A DNA stretch of 64,000 bases. It comes from Chloroflexota bacterium (GTDB lineage: Bacteria > Chloroflexota > Dehalococcoidia > DSTF01 > RBG-16-68-14). Numbering within the stretch: the first letter of the stretch is position 1; each line of letters opens with the position of its first letter. The notes below the pieces were generated by a model. That model was given only the letters and a program-made list of their open reading frames with translations, was not told where the DNA came from and did no database searches. The stretch covers positions 5,955 to 69,954 of the forward strand of contig JADFKB010000002.1 in NCBI GenBank assembly GCA_022565155.1, written 5' to 3'. The translations under genes were made by a program, and so were the position numbers. Of the stretch, positions 37,475 to 49,173 are shown piece by piece.

Positions 37475-37606
37475 AAGCGTGGCTCCTCATAGAAGTGGCT
37501 GTATTATAGCGAATACGCGCTTCTAGCCAAGTCTGTGCAGACTCGTTTTCAGGCGGCCGTGTGGTAAGGTAAAGCGTAGCCTGCGGAGTGCGGGCCGGGC
37601 AGCGTT

Positions 37607-37954
37607 ATGCCAACTGTGAAGATCCTGCCGAAAGGCATCGAATACGAAGCGGCTGACGGGTTGACGATCATGGGCGCCGCCCAGTCGCACGACTACTACT
37701 GGCCGACAACCTGCGGCGGCGAGGGCCGCTGTACCACGTGCGCCTGCCTGGTGGTGAGCGGCATGGAGAACCTGTCGCCGCGAAGCAGGGCGGAAGAGCG
37801 GGTGCTGGTGGAGGAGCGCGGGCAGCAGGCGCTGGAGACGCCGATCCGGCTGGCCTGCCAGGCGCAGGTGCACGGGGACGTCGTGGTGGAGAAGGTTGGT
37901 GTCCGGCTGCCGTTCGCGCTGGGCGGCTCTAGCCTGGGCGACAAAGAGGAGTAA
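37607..37954 (+). CDS. [2Fe-2S] ferredoxin
   Basis: CGGEGRCTTCAC cluster-binding motif and a distal C. Confidence 0.8.
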   Translation: MPTVKILPKGIEYEAADGLTIMGAAQSHDYYWPTTCGGEGRCTTCACLVVSGMENLSPRSRAEERVLVEERGQQALETPIRLACQAQVHGDVVVEKVGVRLPFALGGSSLGDKEE

Positions 37955-37959
37955 CGAGG

Positions 37960-38256
37960 ATGACCTACGTTATCACTGAGCCGTGCATCGACGTGAAGGA
38001 CGCGACCTGTGTCGATGTCTGCCCAGTGGACTGTATCCATACGACCGACGACGACAAGCTGTACTTCATCGACCCGGAGATCTGCATCGACTGCGAAGCG
38101 TGCGTCTTCGTCTGCCCCGTGGATGCGATCTTTTACGAGGAGGATGTGCCGGAGAAGTGGAGCTCTTTCACCGAGATCAATCGCGACTACTTTTCGGCCA
38201 AGACCGATGAAGAGCGCCACACCTTCCGCACACGCACCGAGAGAGACCGAGGATAG
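37960..38256 (+). CDS. [4Fe-4S]/[3Fe-4S] ferredoxin (7Fe type)
   Basis: CIDVKDATCVDVCP and CIDCEACVFVCP motifs. Confidence 0.85.
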   Translation: MTYVITEPCIDVKDATCVDVCPVDCIHTTDDDKLYFIDPEICIDCEACVFVCPVDAIFYEEDVPEKWSSFTEINRDYFSAKTDEERHTFRTRTERDRG

Positions 38257-38359
38257 CGTCGCCGCTTGTGCGAGGTGCGCCTCTCTTGCCGCGTGCCCAG
38301 ATCGCCGATAGACGCTCACGATCCCCACGCTGTTTGCACGACGAGGAGGAGACTAGCCG

Positions 38360-39532
38360 ATGATGGCCTTAGATGACATTCGCGTTCTGGACCTCTCCCG
38401 CCTGGCACCCGGCCCCTTCTGCACGATGATGCTGGGCGATCTGGGCGCCGATATACTCCTCATCGAACCGCCGCCGGACAGCCGCGCCGGCAATGCGCCG
38501 GGAAGCGGACGCGGCGGCGACGCCTACAACGCGCTCGGCCGCAACAAGCGTAGCATCATCCTCAACCTGCGTGACGACGAAGCGCGCGCGGTCTTCTACA
38601 AGCTGGTGGAGACGGCGGACGTGGTGCTGGAAGGCTTTCGGCCCGGCGTCGTCCAGCGGCTGGGCGTCGATTACGAGACGCTGCGGCAGAAGAACCCGCG
38701 CCTGGTCTACTGCTCGCTCTCCGGCTACGGGCAGACAGGGCCGTACGCCGGCCTCGTCGGCCACGATATCAACTACATCTCGATTGGCGGCGCGTTGGGC
38801 ATGATCGGTTGGCCCGGCCAGCCGCCGGCGATCCCGATGAACATCATTGCCGACTTCGCGGCCGGCGGGCTGCACGCCGCCTACGCGATTCTCGCCGCGC
38901 TCCACGCCCGCGACCGTCTCGGTCGCGGGCAGTTCATTGATGCCGCTATGTCGGATGGCGTACTGTACCTGCTGGCGAGCTCTATCAGCGGCTACTACGC
39001 TAGTGGCGGGCGGGTGCCGGAGGCGGGCGCGACGATGCTGAACGGCTCCATCCCTGCCTACAACGTCTACCAGTGCTCCGATGGCGGCTGGATCAGCATC
39101 GGCAGCCTGGAGCCGCACTTCTGGGCCAACCTCTGCCGCGTCATGGGGCGCGAGGATTTCATCCCACATCAGTTTGACGGCGAGAAGCGGGAGGAGATCA
39201 GTGCCCACTTCCGCGCACAGTTCAAATCGAAGACGCGCGACGAGTGGTTCGACGTGCTGCGGGAGACGGACATCTGCGCCGCGCCGGTCTACGGCTTGGA
39301 CGAAGCGTTGAGGGACCCGCACAACCTGGCGCGAGAGATGGTGGTGGAGGTAGAGCATCCGGAGGAGGGCCGCGTGAAGCAAGTCGGCGTCGGTACCAAG
39401 CTCTCGGAGACGCCGGGCAGCGTTCGCGTGCCCGCGCCCGCGCCCGGTCAGCACACGGACGATGTGCTGACCGGGCTGGGGTACGATGCGGAGGCTGTGG
39501 CTTCCCTACGTGAAGCCGGGGCGGTCGCCTAG
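38360..39532 (+). CDS. family III CoA-transferase (CaiB/BaiF; alpha-methylacyl-CoA racemase-like)
   Basis: RVLDLSRLAPGP N-terminal signature and a conserved Asp region. Confidence 0.85.
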   Translation: MMALDDIRVLDLSRLAPGPFCTMMLGDLGADILLIEPPPDSRAGNAPGSGRGGDAYNALGRNKRSIILNLRDDEARAVFYKLVETADVVLEGFRPGVVQRLGVDYETLRQKNPRLVYCSLSGYGQTGPYAGLVGHDINYISIGGALGMIGWPGQPPAIPMNIIADFAAGGLHAAYAILAALHARDRLGRGQFIDAAMSDGVLYLLASSISGYYASGGRVPEAGATMLNGSIPAYNVYQCSDGGWISIGSLEPHFWANLCRVMGREDFIPHQFDGEKREEISAHFRAQFKSKTRDEWFDVLRETDICAAPVYGLDEALRDPHNLAREMVVEVEHPEEGRVKQVGVGTKLSETPGSVRVPAPAPGQHTDDVLTGLGYDAEAVASLREAGAVA

Positions 39533-40161
39533 AGCAGCGAGACGATGTCGGCGAGGCGTTCGCTGGCCGAATCGATGAGAAAGATGCCGGGGGCCAGGTA
39601 GCTCTCTGAGGTAACGAGCAGCCCGAGCACGATCGCCCAGATGGCGAATCCGGCCAGGTTCGCGATGAGGACGTGGGCCGGCCCGGCGGCCGTCGTCGAC
39701 TGAATCGCAATCGTCGTCAGGCCGAAGAAGAGCGCCACGGATGCAAGACCGACGCCGAAGCTGATGCCGGGGATGAACATCGCTAGGGAGAGGCTGAGCG
39801 GCGCGGCGGCCATCCCCATGGTGCGCAGCATCTGTTGCCAGTCCGCATCCTCGCGGAAGATCTGGGTGAGGATGACGTAGGCGACGAACAGCCAGACGAT
39901 CCAGAGTGCGACGGAGAAGACGCTCCCTAGTACGACCGATTCGAATAGGACCTGGCCGCTATCCGGGAAGTCTTGCGTCAGCCACCAGAGCCAGCCGCCG
40001 AGGCCGGCGAGCGCTGTCGATACGGTGACGACGAAGACAGCCGGCAGCGTCGCCGCCGGGTCGTGGCGCACCTCATCGAAGACGCTGGTGTCCAGCAGCA
40101 ATAGCCGTCGCAGGCGGTCGACCAGGATCGCGAAATCGAGGCGGGGCTCCATTGGCATCAT
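39529..40161 (-). CDS. Yip1-domain membrane protein
   Basis: Five predicted TM helices and Yip1-like topology. Confidence 0.55.
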   Translation of the reverse strand: MMPMEPRLDFAILVDRLRRLLLLDTSVFDEVRHDPAATLPAVFVVTVSTALAGLGGWLWWLTQDFPDSGQVLFESVVLGSVFSVALWIVWLFVAYVILTQIFREDADWQQMLRTMGMAAAPLSLSLAMFIPGISFGVGLASVALFFGLTTIAIQSTTAAGPAHVLIANLAGFAIWAIVLGLLVTSESYLAPGIFLIDSASERLADIVSLL

Positions 40162-40298
40162 CTTACGCTGCTCCTTCGGTTTTTCTGCAAGAGGGGCGGA
40201 ATCGTTCCTTGCGCCGTGTTGTCGCTAGTATAGGCGGGCGGCATGATGCGGTAAAGCAGGATGGTCATATGAGGAGCGCGGCCGGCGCAGGCCGCTAG

Positions 40299-41015
40299 CT
40301 AGAGGGGGCGCTTCGCCGGCATGCCTGGCCTTCGGGGGAAGCGGGGCGGCGTCGGCAGGTCTTTGTCGACTATGACTACCTTTTGGTGTTTGTCGGCCAA
40401 CGGGATCGGGGCGACCACGCGAACAATGCCCTTCAGCGTCTCCATTGCGACATCGGCCTCCGCCACCTCCTTCTCCGCCTCTTTGCCCTTGGGCGCGAGT
40501 AGCTGTCCGCCCATGACGAGGAACGGCAGCGTCAGCTCGGCGAGAGTGCGGAGAGGGGCGAGCGCCTTTGCGACGGCGAAGTTGTACTGCTCGCGGTGCT
40601 GCGGATCGTGCCCCAGCATTTCAGCGCGACGGGTGATTACCGTCACGTCTTCCAGCCCGATTTCGGGCAGGAGCGCGGAGAGAAACTCCGACTTTCGCTG
40701 CTTCGCCTCGACGAGCGTGAGCTGGAGGCTGGGCACCAGAATCTTCAGCGGGATACCGGGAATGCCTGCGCCGCTGCCGACATCGATCAGCGAGCGATCT
40801 TCGAGGGAGAGGCCTTCGTCCTCAAGGACGGGGAGCAGCCCCGCGGACTCCAAGAAGTGGCGTCGCTGGACCCCTTCTGCGTCCTTTACAGCGGTAAGGC
40901 TGACGCGCTCCGCCCAGTCCGTCAGTATTTCGTAGTAGCGGTGAAACTGCTCTAGCTGCTGTTGGCTCAGTTCGACGCCCATTTCACGGGCGCCCTCTTC
41001 AAGAATCGGTAACAT
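40299..41015 (-). CDS. rsmG: 16S rRNA (guanine527-N7)-methyltransferase
   Basis: LIDVGSGAGIPGIPL SAM motif and GidB family layout. Confidence 0.85.
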   Translation of the reverse strand: MLPILEEGAREMGVELSQQQLEQFHRYYEILTDWAERVSLTAVKDAEGVQRRHFLESAGLLPVLEDEGLSLEDRSLIDVGSGAGIPGIPLKILVPSLQLTLVEAKQRKSEFLSALLPEIGLEDVTVITRRAEMLGHDPQHREQYNFAVAKALAPLRTLAELTLPFLVMGGQLLAPKGKEAEKEVAEADVAMETLKGIVRVVAPIPLADKHQKVVIVDKDLPTPPRFPRRPGMPAKRPL

Positions 41016-41318
41016 CGTCTCCGCCTTGCACCTCCGCGGTAGTCACGCCAAGCAGCGGCGAGCCGCGCCCCCGTCCGGCGGTTTTACCGTCTCAATCCCT
41101 GCCTGGCAGGGAAAATTTTATCTGGCCTTAGTGCGCGACGCAACGGCAGCTATCTTAGCGCATCGACTCCGCCCTGCGTCAGTCGACAATCTTTTCAGTT
41201 CATCGTCCAGCCGAATCGGCTGGCACCTACGGCCGTCAGTATATGGTACATAACACCTCTGTTGAGCGCTAGGAAATTACTTGAACATGGTGAGAGATAT
41301 CTAAAGAATTTGCGGCTG

Positions 41319-42571
<1,253 letters not shown>

Positions 42572-42572
<1 letters not shown>

Positions 42573-43783
42573 TACTTCGCCGGCCCTCCCGATAGCTCCA
42601 GTAGGACGCCTTCAAGGACATCGAGGCCTTCGCTCAGCTCCTCGCGCGGGATGTTGAGGGCGGGGCAGAGGCGGATCGCGTCCGGCCGGACGTTGTTGAC
42701 GATCAGCCCCCGTTCGAGACACGTCGCGACGATATCTGCGGCGAGAGGCTGCGAGAGCGTCACCGCCCAGAGCAGCCCCTTGCCGCGCGCACCCGAAACG
42801 GCCGGTATCCGATCTTCCATGCTGGACAGCCGCTGCTCAACGTAGCGCTCGTCGTCGGCGACCTTGGCCGGTATCTCGTTCTCGATGATGTGGCGCACGA
42901 CTTCGTAGCCCGCGCGGGTGGCCAGCGGGTTGCCGCCGTAGGTCGAGCCGTGGTCGCCGGGCGCGAAGACGGCGCAGTGGTCTTTCGACAGGACCGCCGC
43001 CAGCGGCACGCCGGAGGCGATCCCTTTGGCGAGCGTCATCACGTCGGGCTCGATGCCGGCCAGCTCGTAGGCGAAGAGCGCGCCGCAGCGGCCGATACCG
43101 GTCTGCACTTCGTCCAGGATCAGGAGGACGTTCTGCTCGTCGCACCAGCGACGCACGGCGGGCAGGTAGTCGTCGTCCGGGACGATCACGCCGCCTTCGC
43201 CCTGTATCGGCTCCAGCAGCACGGCGCAGGTCTTGTCGCTCGTCGCCTGGCGCAACGCCTCAACGTCGTTGTACGGCACGTGGACGAAGCCGGGCGGCAG
43301 CGGCGCGAACGGCTCCTTGTAGCGATCGGTCCCGCTGGCGGTGATCGTCGTCAGGGTGCGGCCGTGGAAGCTATCCAGAGTGCAGATTATCTCGAACGCG
43401 CCGTTCTTCTTCTCGCGGCCCCACTTGCGGGCGAGCTTGATCGCCGCTTCGTTCGCCTCCGCGCCGCTGTTGCTGAAGTAGACCTGGTCGAGGCACGAGT
43501 GGTCGATGAGAAGCTGGGCGAGCTGGAGCTGCGGGACCGTGTAGAAGAGGTTGGAGACGTGGATCAGCGTCTGTGCCTGGTCGGCCAGCGCGTCGACGAC
43601 GGTCGGGTGGCAGTGGCCAAGGCTGGTCGTCGCCGTGCCGCCGAAGAAGTCGAGGTACGACTTGCCTTCATCGTCCCAGACGCGGCTGCCCTGCCCGCGC
43701 ACGAGCACGACCGGCTGGCGATTGCCGGTTCGCATGAAGACGCGCGACTCGATTTCGCGCCAGTCGGTCGTGGGCTCAGTCAT
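42572..43783 (-). CDS. argD: acetylornithine aminotransferase
   Basis: Class III PLP aminotransferase motifs (DEVQTG, TLAK). Confidence 0.9.
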
Positions 43784-43852
43784 GCAGTCGAGGATAGCAC
43801 GGTGCGGAAAGGCGTGGAAGGCGGGAGGCGCCAGGGCGACCAGACGGGCGCC

Positions 43853-45628
43853 CTAGGGATTGGCCGGCGCTCGGTGCCAGGCGACGTAATCGTCCCAATC
43901 GAACAGGCCGTAGTAGCTGCTGATGCGCAGGAGATCGCTCGTCAACCGCTTTGCCTCGCTCCCGTCGGGACGCACCAGCCAGATCTCAGCGTGGGCACCG
44001 GGCAGCGATGCGCGGTTTTCCCTGAACCCCTCGCCATCCGTGCGCACGAACATGACCAGCTCGCCATCGGCCGACCAGCGGGGGTAGAAGTCCAGGTAGT
44101 CGGGGTCGAAGGTGAGCTGACGAAGGTTGGCGCCGTCGGCGTCTACCACCCAGATCCCTTCTCGCGACCCCTCGATCTTCCCCACATCCAGCCTCGGCAT
44201 CGCATCGCGTCTCGCCTCGGATGCCTGGAAAGCGACGCGCTGGCCGTCGGGGGAGAGGACCGGCCAGGCGTCGGAGCGGGCCGGCCAGTCTAGCGCCTCG
44301 GTCGCGAGCCCGGTCGGGCGGAGCGCCGACTCCGGGTCTTCGGTGATGACCTGCGCTCCCGGCACGCCCACCTCGCCGATGGCGAGGCGCTTGCCCCAGT
44401 AGACATCCCGGCCGCCGCCCAGGGTGAAGACGAACCGCGAGCCATCGGGGAACCAGTCCAGCAGCGCGGGAGAGCGGAGCATGGTGCCATGGTAGAGGGG
44501 CGGGCCGCCTTTCGCGGCGACGGTGAAGAGGGGCAGGCCATCAGCCGACATCGAGGCAGAGAGCGAGGAGGCCTGGAAGGCGACGGCCTGTCCGTCCGGC
44601 GACCACTGGAGCCCGCTCACTCCTACCACACCCAGAACGCTGAGAGGCGTGGAACCCGGGCTCTCCCGCGCTTCGCCCTGCGCCCAGACCTGCTGAATCT
44701 CTTCCACCATCGCAAGCGCCTGTGGGTCGCCGCCATCAGCGTCGATGAGATAGACGCCGTTGTCACGGGGGATCTGGACCGTCTGCAGTTCGCGCTCTGC
44801 CAGAGGAACGGACTCTGGGTAGAAGAACGGGCGTACTCGGGCCAGCGCCAGGCGACGCCCGTCCGGCGACCAGGCCACCTCCGTCGCCCCGAAGCCGTCA
44901 CGCAGGATCTGCTCTGCCTCGCCGTGCGGTTCGGTAACCCACAAGCCGCCGTTCGTAATATACGCGAGTCTGTCGCCGCTGGGCGACCATACGGCGTCCG
45001 GCGCGTCCAGCTCGTGCGCGTCGCTGCCGTCGGGGCGCACGAGCCAAGCCTTCCCTTGCAACTCATCGTCTGTGGCTGAGCGTTTGACGAAGAGGAGCCA
45101 GCGCCCGTCCGGCGACCAGCGCGGCGCCGTTGCGGCGCCGTCATCGGTCAGCCTTCGAGCGGGGCCGGTATCGCCTAGCACCCACAGGTTGCCATCGGTA
45201 CCGACATACGCCAGCCGGTCGCCCGCCGGCAGGGCGAGGGACGCGGGAGCGGCCAGCTCGCCATCGCCCCGCGTGACCAACAGCCCCCAGACGAGCAGGC
45301 CGATGCCTGCGGTCACGACGATTGCCGCGCTGGCCGTAACGACGGGCGAGAGCCAGCCGAAGCTGGCCTTGTGCCACAGGAAGCCGAGCGGGGCGAAGGC
45401 CGTCGTCCACCACGGGCGCTGCTCAGGCTGCCAGCGCGCGGCCTCCTCTCGGCTGCTGACACCGAGCTTGCTGAGGATCTCCGAGACGTGGTACTTGGCG
45501 CCTGAAAGGCTGATGCCGAGGCGCTGGGCGATCTCTTCGTTGGAGAGACCCTGGCGCAGGAGGGCGAGCGCCTCCCACTCGCGCGGCGTGAGGATATCGG
45601 GGTGTGGCGGCCGGCCGCGTCTACTCAT
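43853..45628 (-). CDS. membrane-spanning LuxR-family regulator with extracytoplasmic TolB-like (PD40) beta-propeller
   Basis: N-terminal LuxR HTH (LTPREWEALALLRQGLSNEEIAQRLGISLSGAKYHVSEILSKLGV), one TM helix, then repeated SPDG(R/Q)xxAF propeller blades. Confidence 0.75.
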   Translation of the reverse strand: MSRRGRPPHPDILTPREWEALALLRQGLSNEEIAQRLGISLSGAKYHVSEILSKLGVSSREEAARWQPEQRPWWTTAFAPLGFLWHKASFGWLSPVVTASAAIVVTAGIGLLVWGLLVTRGDGELAAPASLALPAGDRLAYVGTDGNLWVLGDTGPARRLTDDGAATAPRWSPDGRWLLFVKRSATDDELQGKAWLVRPDGSDAHELDAPDAVWSPSGDRLAYITNGGLWVTEPHGEAEQILRDGFGATEVAWSPDGRRLALARVRPFFYPESVPLAERELQTVQIPRDNGVYLIDADGGDPQALAMVEEIQQVWAQGEARESPGSTPLSVLGVVGVSGLQWSPDGQAVAFQASSLSASMSADGLPLFTVAAKGGPPLYHGTMLRSPALLDWFPDGSRFVFTLGGGRDVYWGKRLAIGEVGVPGAQVITEDPESALRPTGLATEALDWPARSDAWPVLSPDGQRVAFQASEARRDAMPRLDVGKIEGSREGIWVVDADGANLRQLTFDPDYLDFYPRWSADGELVMFVRTDGEGFRENRASLPGAHAEIWLVRPDGSEAKRLTSDLLRISSYYGLFDWDDYVAWHRAPANP

Positions 45629-45735
45629 GACACTTGCGAGAATACCAGGCCGAGTGCGGAATTACACTAGTCTCGCCATCGCCCTTGTTCTGTCGTTCTC
45701 GACGCAGCGAAGAATCTCACCGCTCTGGCCTGCCG

Positions 45736-46266
45736 CTAGAACAAGCTGCTGGGCAGGCCCTGTAGCACGCGCATGGCGCAGATCTCCCCGAAGTGGGCGT
45801 GGCCGTGCGTCAGGCAGACCTGGCCCAGCGCCTGCGAGGCCTTGATCTCGCCGAAGGGCTGTACCTTAACCGTTCGGTCGAGTGAGTCGTCGTGGAGCGA
45901 CGAGATGTAGTCGTCCGTCGCCTGCCAGACCGCCTGCTGGTAGGCCATCCAGTCACTGATACTGGGCAGCCGCAACGCCTGCGCGTCTTCTGTCGACATG
46001 CCGGTGCCCTGGGCGATCTTGTGGAGGCCGAACTTCTCGAAGTAGCCGTCCTGAATCCAGACGGTCGGCTTGCGGTCCTGGAGGATGAACTGGACGATGT
46101 TGTCCTCCGTGCGGACATAGTGCCAGAGCGTGCAGCCGATGTGGTTGAGCTTCGTCTCGCCCGGCAGCCAATGGAGCTGCGCCGGCGTCAGATCGCGCAC
46201 GGACTCATCGATCATCCGGTGCTGGTTGCGAAAAGCCTGTTTCAGGAACTCGGCGACGGTGGTCAT
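45736..46266 (-). CDS. DinB family protein
   Basis: DinB_2 His triad context (HYVRTED, HGHAHFGEI). Confidence 0.7.
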   Translation of the reverse strand: MTTVAEFLKQAFRNQHRMIDESVRDLTPAQLHWLPGETKLNHIGCTLWHYVRTEDNIVQFILQDRKPTVWIQDGYFEKFGLHKIAQGTGMSTEDAQALRLPSISDWMAYQQAVWQATDDYISSLHDDSLDRTVKVQPFGEIKASQALGQVCLTHGHAHFGEICAMRVLQGLPSSLF

Positions 46267-46399
46267 GGCAGAGGCGTCCTTTCATGGTGCATTGGTCTTT
46301 CCGCCCTGTGAAGGACGGAAGGGCGGGCCTAGAGACGGGCACAGGTTAGCACAGATGGGGGAACGGCCACGACTCCTGACCGGTCCGGAATGCGTACGG

Positions 46400-48256
46400 T
46401 TAGCTCTGGCTCTGCAGCTCTTCGACGAGCTCCGCGGCGACGTCGTAGCGGTTGAAGGCGGGGATCAGGTAGACGCCCTGGACGCCGCCGCGCGCCGCCG
46501 CGACGATCTCGCGTGCAATAGCTGCGCCCTCCGCCAGTCCGTTCTCGCCGGCCTCGCGCATGCGCTGGCGCACCGCGTCCGGCACGACGACGCCGGGCAG
46601 CTCATTGTGGATGAAGTCGGCGTGCCGCTCGCTGTGGAGGGGGAGCACGCCCATGATGATCGGCACGTTAATGCGAAGGCGCGACGCCTTCTCCAGGAAA
46701 CGTTCGAGCGTTTCGATGTCGTACATCGTCTGAGTCATGATGAAGTCCGCGCCGGCCTGTACCTTGCGGCGCAGCAGCTTCATCTCGGCCTCCAGCGATG
46801 TCGCGGTTGGGTTGGCGGCGGCGCCGACGAAGAACGATGTCGGCTGCGCCATCGCGTTGCCCGCCCAGTCGATCCCTTCGTTCAGGCCCTTGAGAATGCG
46901 CATCAGCCCGACAGGCGTCACGTCCCAGACGCCGATAGCCCGCGCGTAGCCGGAGCCGGTCGGCGCGTCGCCCTTCAGGCAGAGGACGTTGCGCTGGCCC
47001 AGCACGTGCGCGCCGATCAGGTCGGACTGCAACGCCATGACGTTGCGGTCGCGCGTCGTCACGTGGACGATCGTCTCCAGGCCGAGCTGCTGGCGGAGCA
47101 GCACGGCGAGGGCGAAGGCGCTCATGCGCACCCGCGCCATCGGGCTATCGCCGACATTGACGGCGTCGATGCCGGCCAGGCGCAGCCGTGCGGCGCCCTG
47201 GAGCGCCCGGCGCGGGTTGAGGCCGCGCGGCGGGTCGATCTCCGCGGTGATAACGAAGCGTCCGGCTGCTAGCTTCTCCCGCAGCGTCACGTCTTCGGTA
47301 TCCAACTCTTCCGCCGGCAGAGCGATGTCGACGACAGCCGCTTTTTCTGGCGCTGGCGGCGTTTCGGCTGGTGCCTCGCTGCGGAGCGCGTCTCGCATCG
47401 CCGCAATGTGTTCCGGCTTCGTGCCGCAGCAGCCGCCGATGACGATGCAGCCCGCGGCGACGAGCCGCGGTGTGTACTCGGCGAAGACGTGCGGCGTAAC
47501 CGGGTAGGAGACCTCGCGCTCGACGACACGCGGGTGGCCGGCGTTCGCCTGTACGGAGAGCTTTACTTTCGTCGCCTGCGCCATCTCTTCGATCACCTCG
47601 AGGGCGGCCTGCGGCCCGGGCAGGCAGTTGACGCCGACGATGTCCGCCCCGCAGCTGTGTAGCTCCCGCGCGACAGGCGCCGGCTCCTCGCCGGTCCAGG
47701 TGCGGCCGTCGCGCTGGAAGGTGAGCTGGGCGATGAGCGGAATGTCCTTGCCCGCTTCGCGCACGGCCAGCACGGCCTCGCGCGCCTCCGCCAGCGAGGG
47801 GAACGTCTCCAGCATGATCAGATCGACGCCGCTCTCGATCAACGCTTGAGCTTGCTCGGCGAACGCGCGATGCGCCTGCTTCAGCGTCACGTCGCCGCCC
47901 GAGGCGAGGCCGACGCCGACAGGCCCCATCGCGCCGGCGACGAACGCCTGGTGGCCGCAGTCGCGGGTGGCCTCCCGGGCGAGGGCGACGCCGCGGGCGT
48001 TGATCTCGGCGGCCTGCTTGGCGAGGTCGAACGAACGCAGGCGGACTCTATTGGCGCCGAACGTGTTCGTTTCGATGATCTCCGCGCCCGCCGTCAGGTA
48101 CTCCTTGTGAACGGCGAGAATTAGCTCTCCGTTCGAGATGTTCTGCTCGTCCAGGCAGACGGAGGCCGGCACGCCTCGATCGCGGAGGACGGTGCCCATC
48201 GCGCCGTCTGATAGCAGCACGCGGCGCTCGATTGCAGCGAGGAAGGGGTGCGTCAT
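46400..48256 (-). CDS. bifunctional homocysteine S-methyltransferase / 5,10-methylenetetrahydrofolate reductase (YitJ-like)
   Basis: N-terminal homocysteine-binding domain (SDGAMGT, GGCCGT) fused to an MTHFR TIM barrel. Confidence 0.85.
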   Translation of the reverse strand: MTHPFLAAIERRVLLSDGAMGTVLRDRGVPASVCLDEQNISNGELILAVHKEYLTAGAEIIETNTFGANRVRLRSFDLAKQAAEINARGVALAREATRDCGHQAFVAGAMGPVGVGLASGGDVTLKQAHRAFAEQAQALIESGVDLIMLETFPSLAEAREAVLAVREAGKDIPLIAQLTFQRDGRTWTGEEPAPVARELHSCGADIVGVNCLPGPQAALEVIEEMAQATKVKLSVQANAGHPRVVEREVSYPVTPHVFAEYTPRLVAAGCIVIGGCCGTKPEHIAAMRDALRSEAPAETPPAPEKAAVVDIALPAEELDTEDVTLREKLAAGRFVITAEIDPPRGLNPRRALQGAARLRLAGIDAVNVGDSPMARVRMSAFALAVLLRQQLGLETIVHVTTRDRNVMALQSDLIGAHVLGQRNVLCLKGDAPTGSGYARAIGVWDVTPVGLMRILKGLNEGIDWAGNAMAQPTSFFVGAAANPTATSLEAEMKLLRRKVQAGADFIMTQTMYDIETLERFLEKASRLRINVPIIMGVLPLHSERHADFIHNELPGVVVPDAVRQRMREAGENGLAEGAAIAREIVAAARGGVQGVYLIPAFNRYDVAAELVEELQSQS

Positions 48257-48444
48257 ACTATGCGCTCCTTAGACGCGCATTATACCAGCAGGTTCAGCGA
48301 AACCCCGTAGGGGAATACCCTATGTTGGGTTGGATGCCGCAGTGACCACGAGCACACGTGTGTGGTGTGGGGGAGCTACTCCCTTCATCGATGAACGTAG
48401 CGGCGGTTCGCGGGTCTGTCCTGTCTAGTGCCGCAGACGCAGCG

Positions 48445-48906
48445 TTACGCTGTCGCCTTGGCCTTCTTCTTGGCCAGGGCGCGCATCTCCTTCTCGATCA
48501 GCTTGTAGTCGGCTTCGGGGATCTGGCGCAGGTTGCCCTGGAACGCCAGACGCCAGTGCTCTGGTGGCCACTTCTTCGTGTACTCCAGGCGCGGCGCCCA
48601 CTCCTGCACGTCTAACCAGTCTTCTTCGTCCAGGACGATCTCGGCCTTCGTCTGGACGCGGAAGGGATAGTCTTCGCTCGGCTTCTTGCTCTTGAAGATC
48701 GGCGCGTGGTCCTCGAACGATTCCGACGTGACGCTGGCGATGCCGCCGAACTTCATGATGCCGGTGAGGTAGAAGATCAGCCTATCGCCCGGCTGCATCT
48801 TGCCGGCCATGCCTCGGCGGGTGCTCTTGAATCCGAAGAGATCGAACCCGCGGTCGATGGCGATCTGGAAGTTCTCGGCGGAGCCGACGACGATCCAATA
48901 GCTCAT
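48445..48906 (-). CDS. EVE (PUA-like) domain protein
   Basis: MSYWIVVGS N-terminus and EVE fold pattern. Confidence 0.7.
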   Translation of the reverse strand: MSYWIVVGSAENFQIAIDRGFDLFGFKSTRRGMAGKMQPGDRLIFYLTGIMKFGGIASVTSESFEDHAPIFKSKKPSEDYPFRVQTKAEIVLDEEDWLDVQEWAPRLEYTKKWPPEHWRLAFQGNLRQIPEADYKLIEKEMRALAKKKAKATA

Positions 48907-48994
48907 GGTGCGCTCCTTTCGATTGTGTGGCGCTGATTCCAGTGTAGCCGGAACGATAGCGATGCAACATCGCGAGGTATAGCAGGAATCGGCC

Positions 48995-49132
48995 GTTGAC
49001 GATCCTCTCCCTGGGCGTTATGCTGCTAGTCTATTCTGCGCGGCGAGCGTTCCGCCGCTGTCTCATCTGCGCGGCGAGCGTCCCGCCGCCGCTGCGTTGA
49101 CGATCCTCTCCCTGGGCGTTATGCTGCTAGTC
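48995..49132 (+). promoter_or_regulatory. tandemly duplicated promoter: two copies of gttgacgatcctctccctgggcgttatgctgctagtc (TTGACG-17 bp-TATGCT) about 101 bp apart, with internal ctgcgcggcgagcgtYccgccgc sub-repeats
   Basis: Exact 37-bp duplicate at 48995-49031 and 49096-49132. The second copy places a transcription start about 40 nt upstream of the GYD-PlsC ATG. Confidence 0.55.
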
Positions 49133-49173
49133 CGTTAGCGTATTGATGCTCGTGCGGTAGGAGGCGTAGCGAT

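Noticed and set aside
42890-44293. 467 aa plus-strand ORF overlapping argD and the LuxR-TolB gene
   Set aside because: Shadow ORF. Spans two confidently assigned minus-strand genes and has no domain signatures.
46130-47272. 380 aa plus-strand ORF overlapping the YitJ-like gene
   Set aside because: Antisense artefact. Arg/Ala-rich translation with no motif.
48257-48444. Expected SAM riboswitch upstream of the YitJ-like methionine gene
   Set aside because: A TATAAT box and AGGAG RBS lie within 30 nt of the start codon. There is no room for a riboswitch aptamer.
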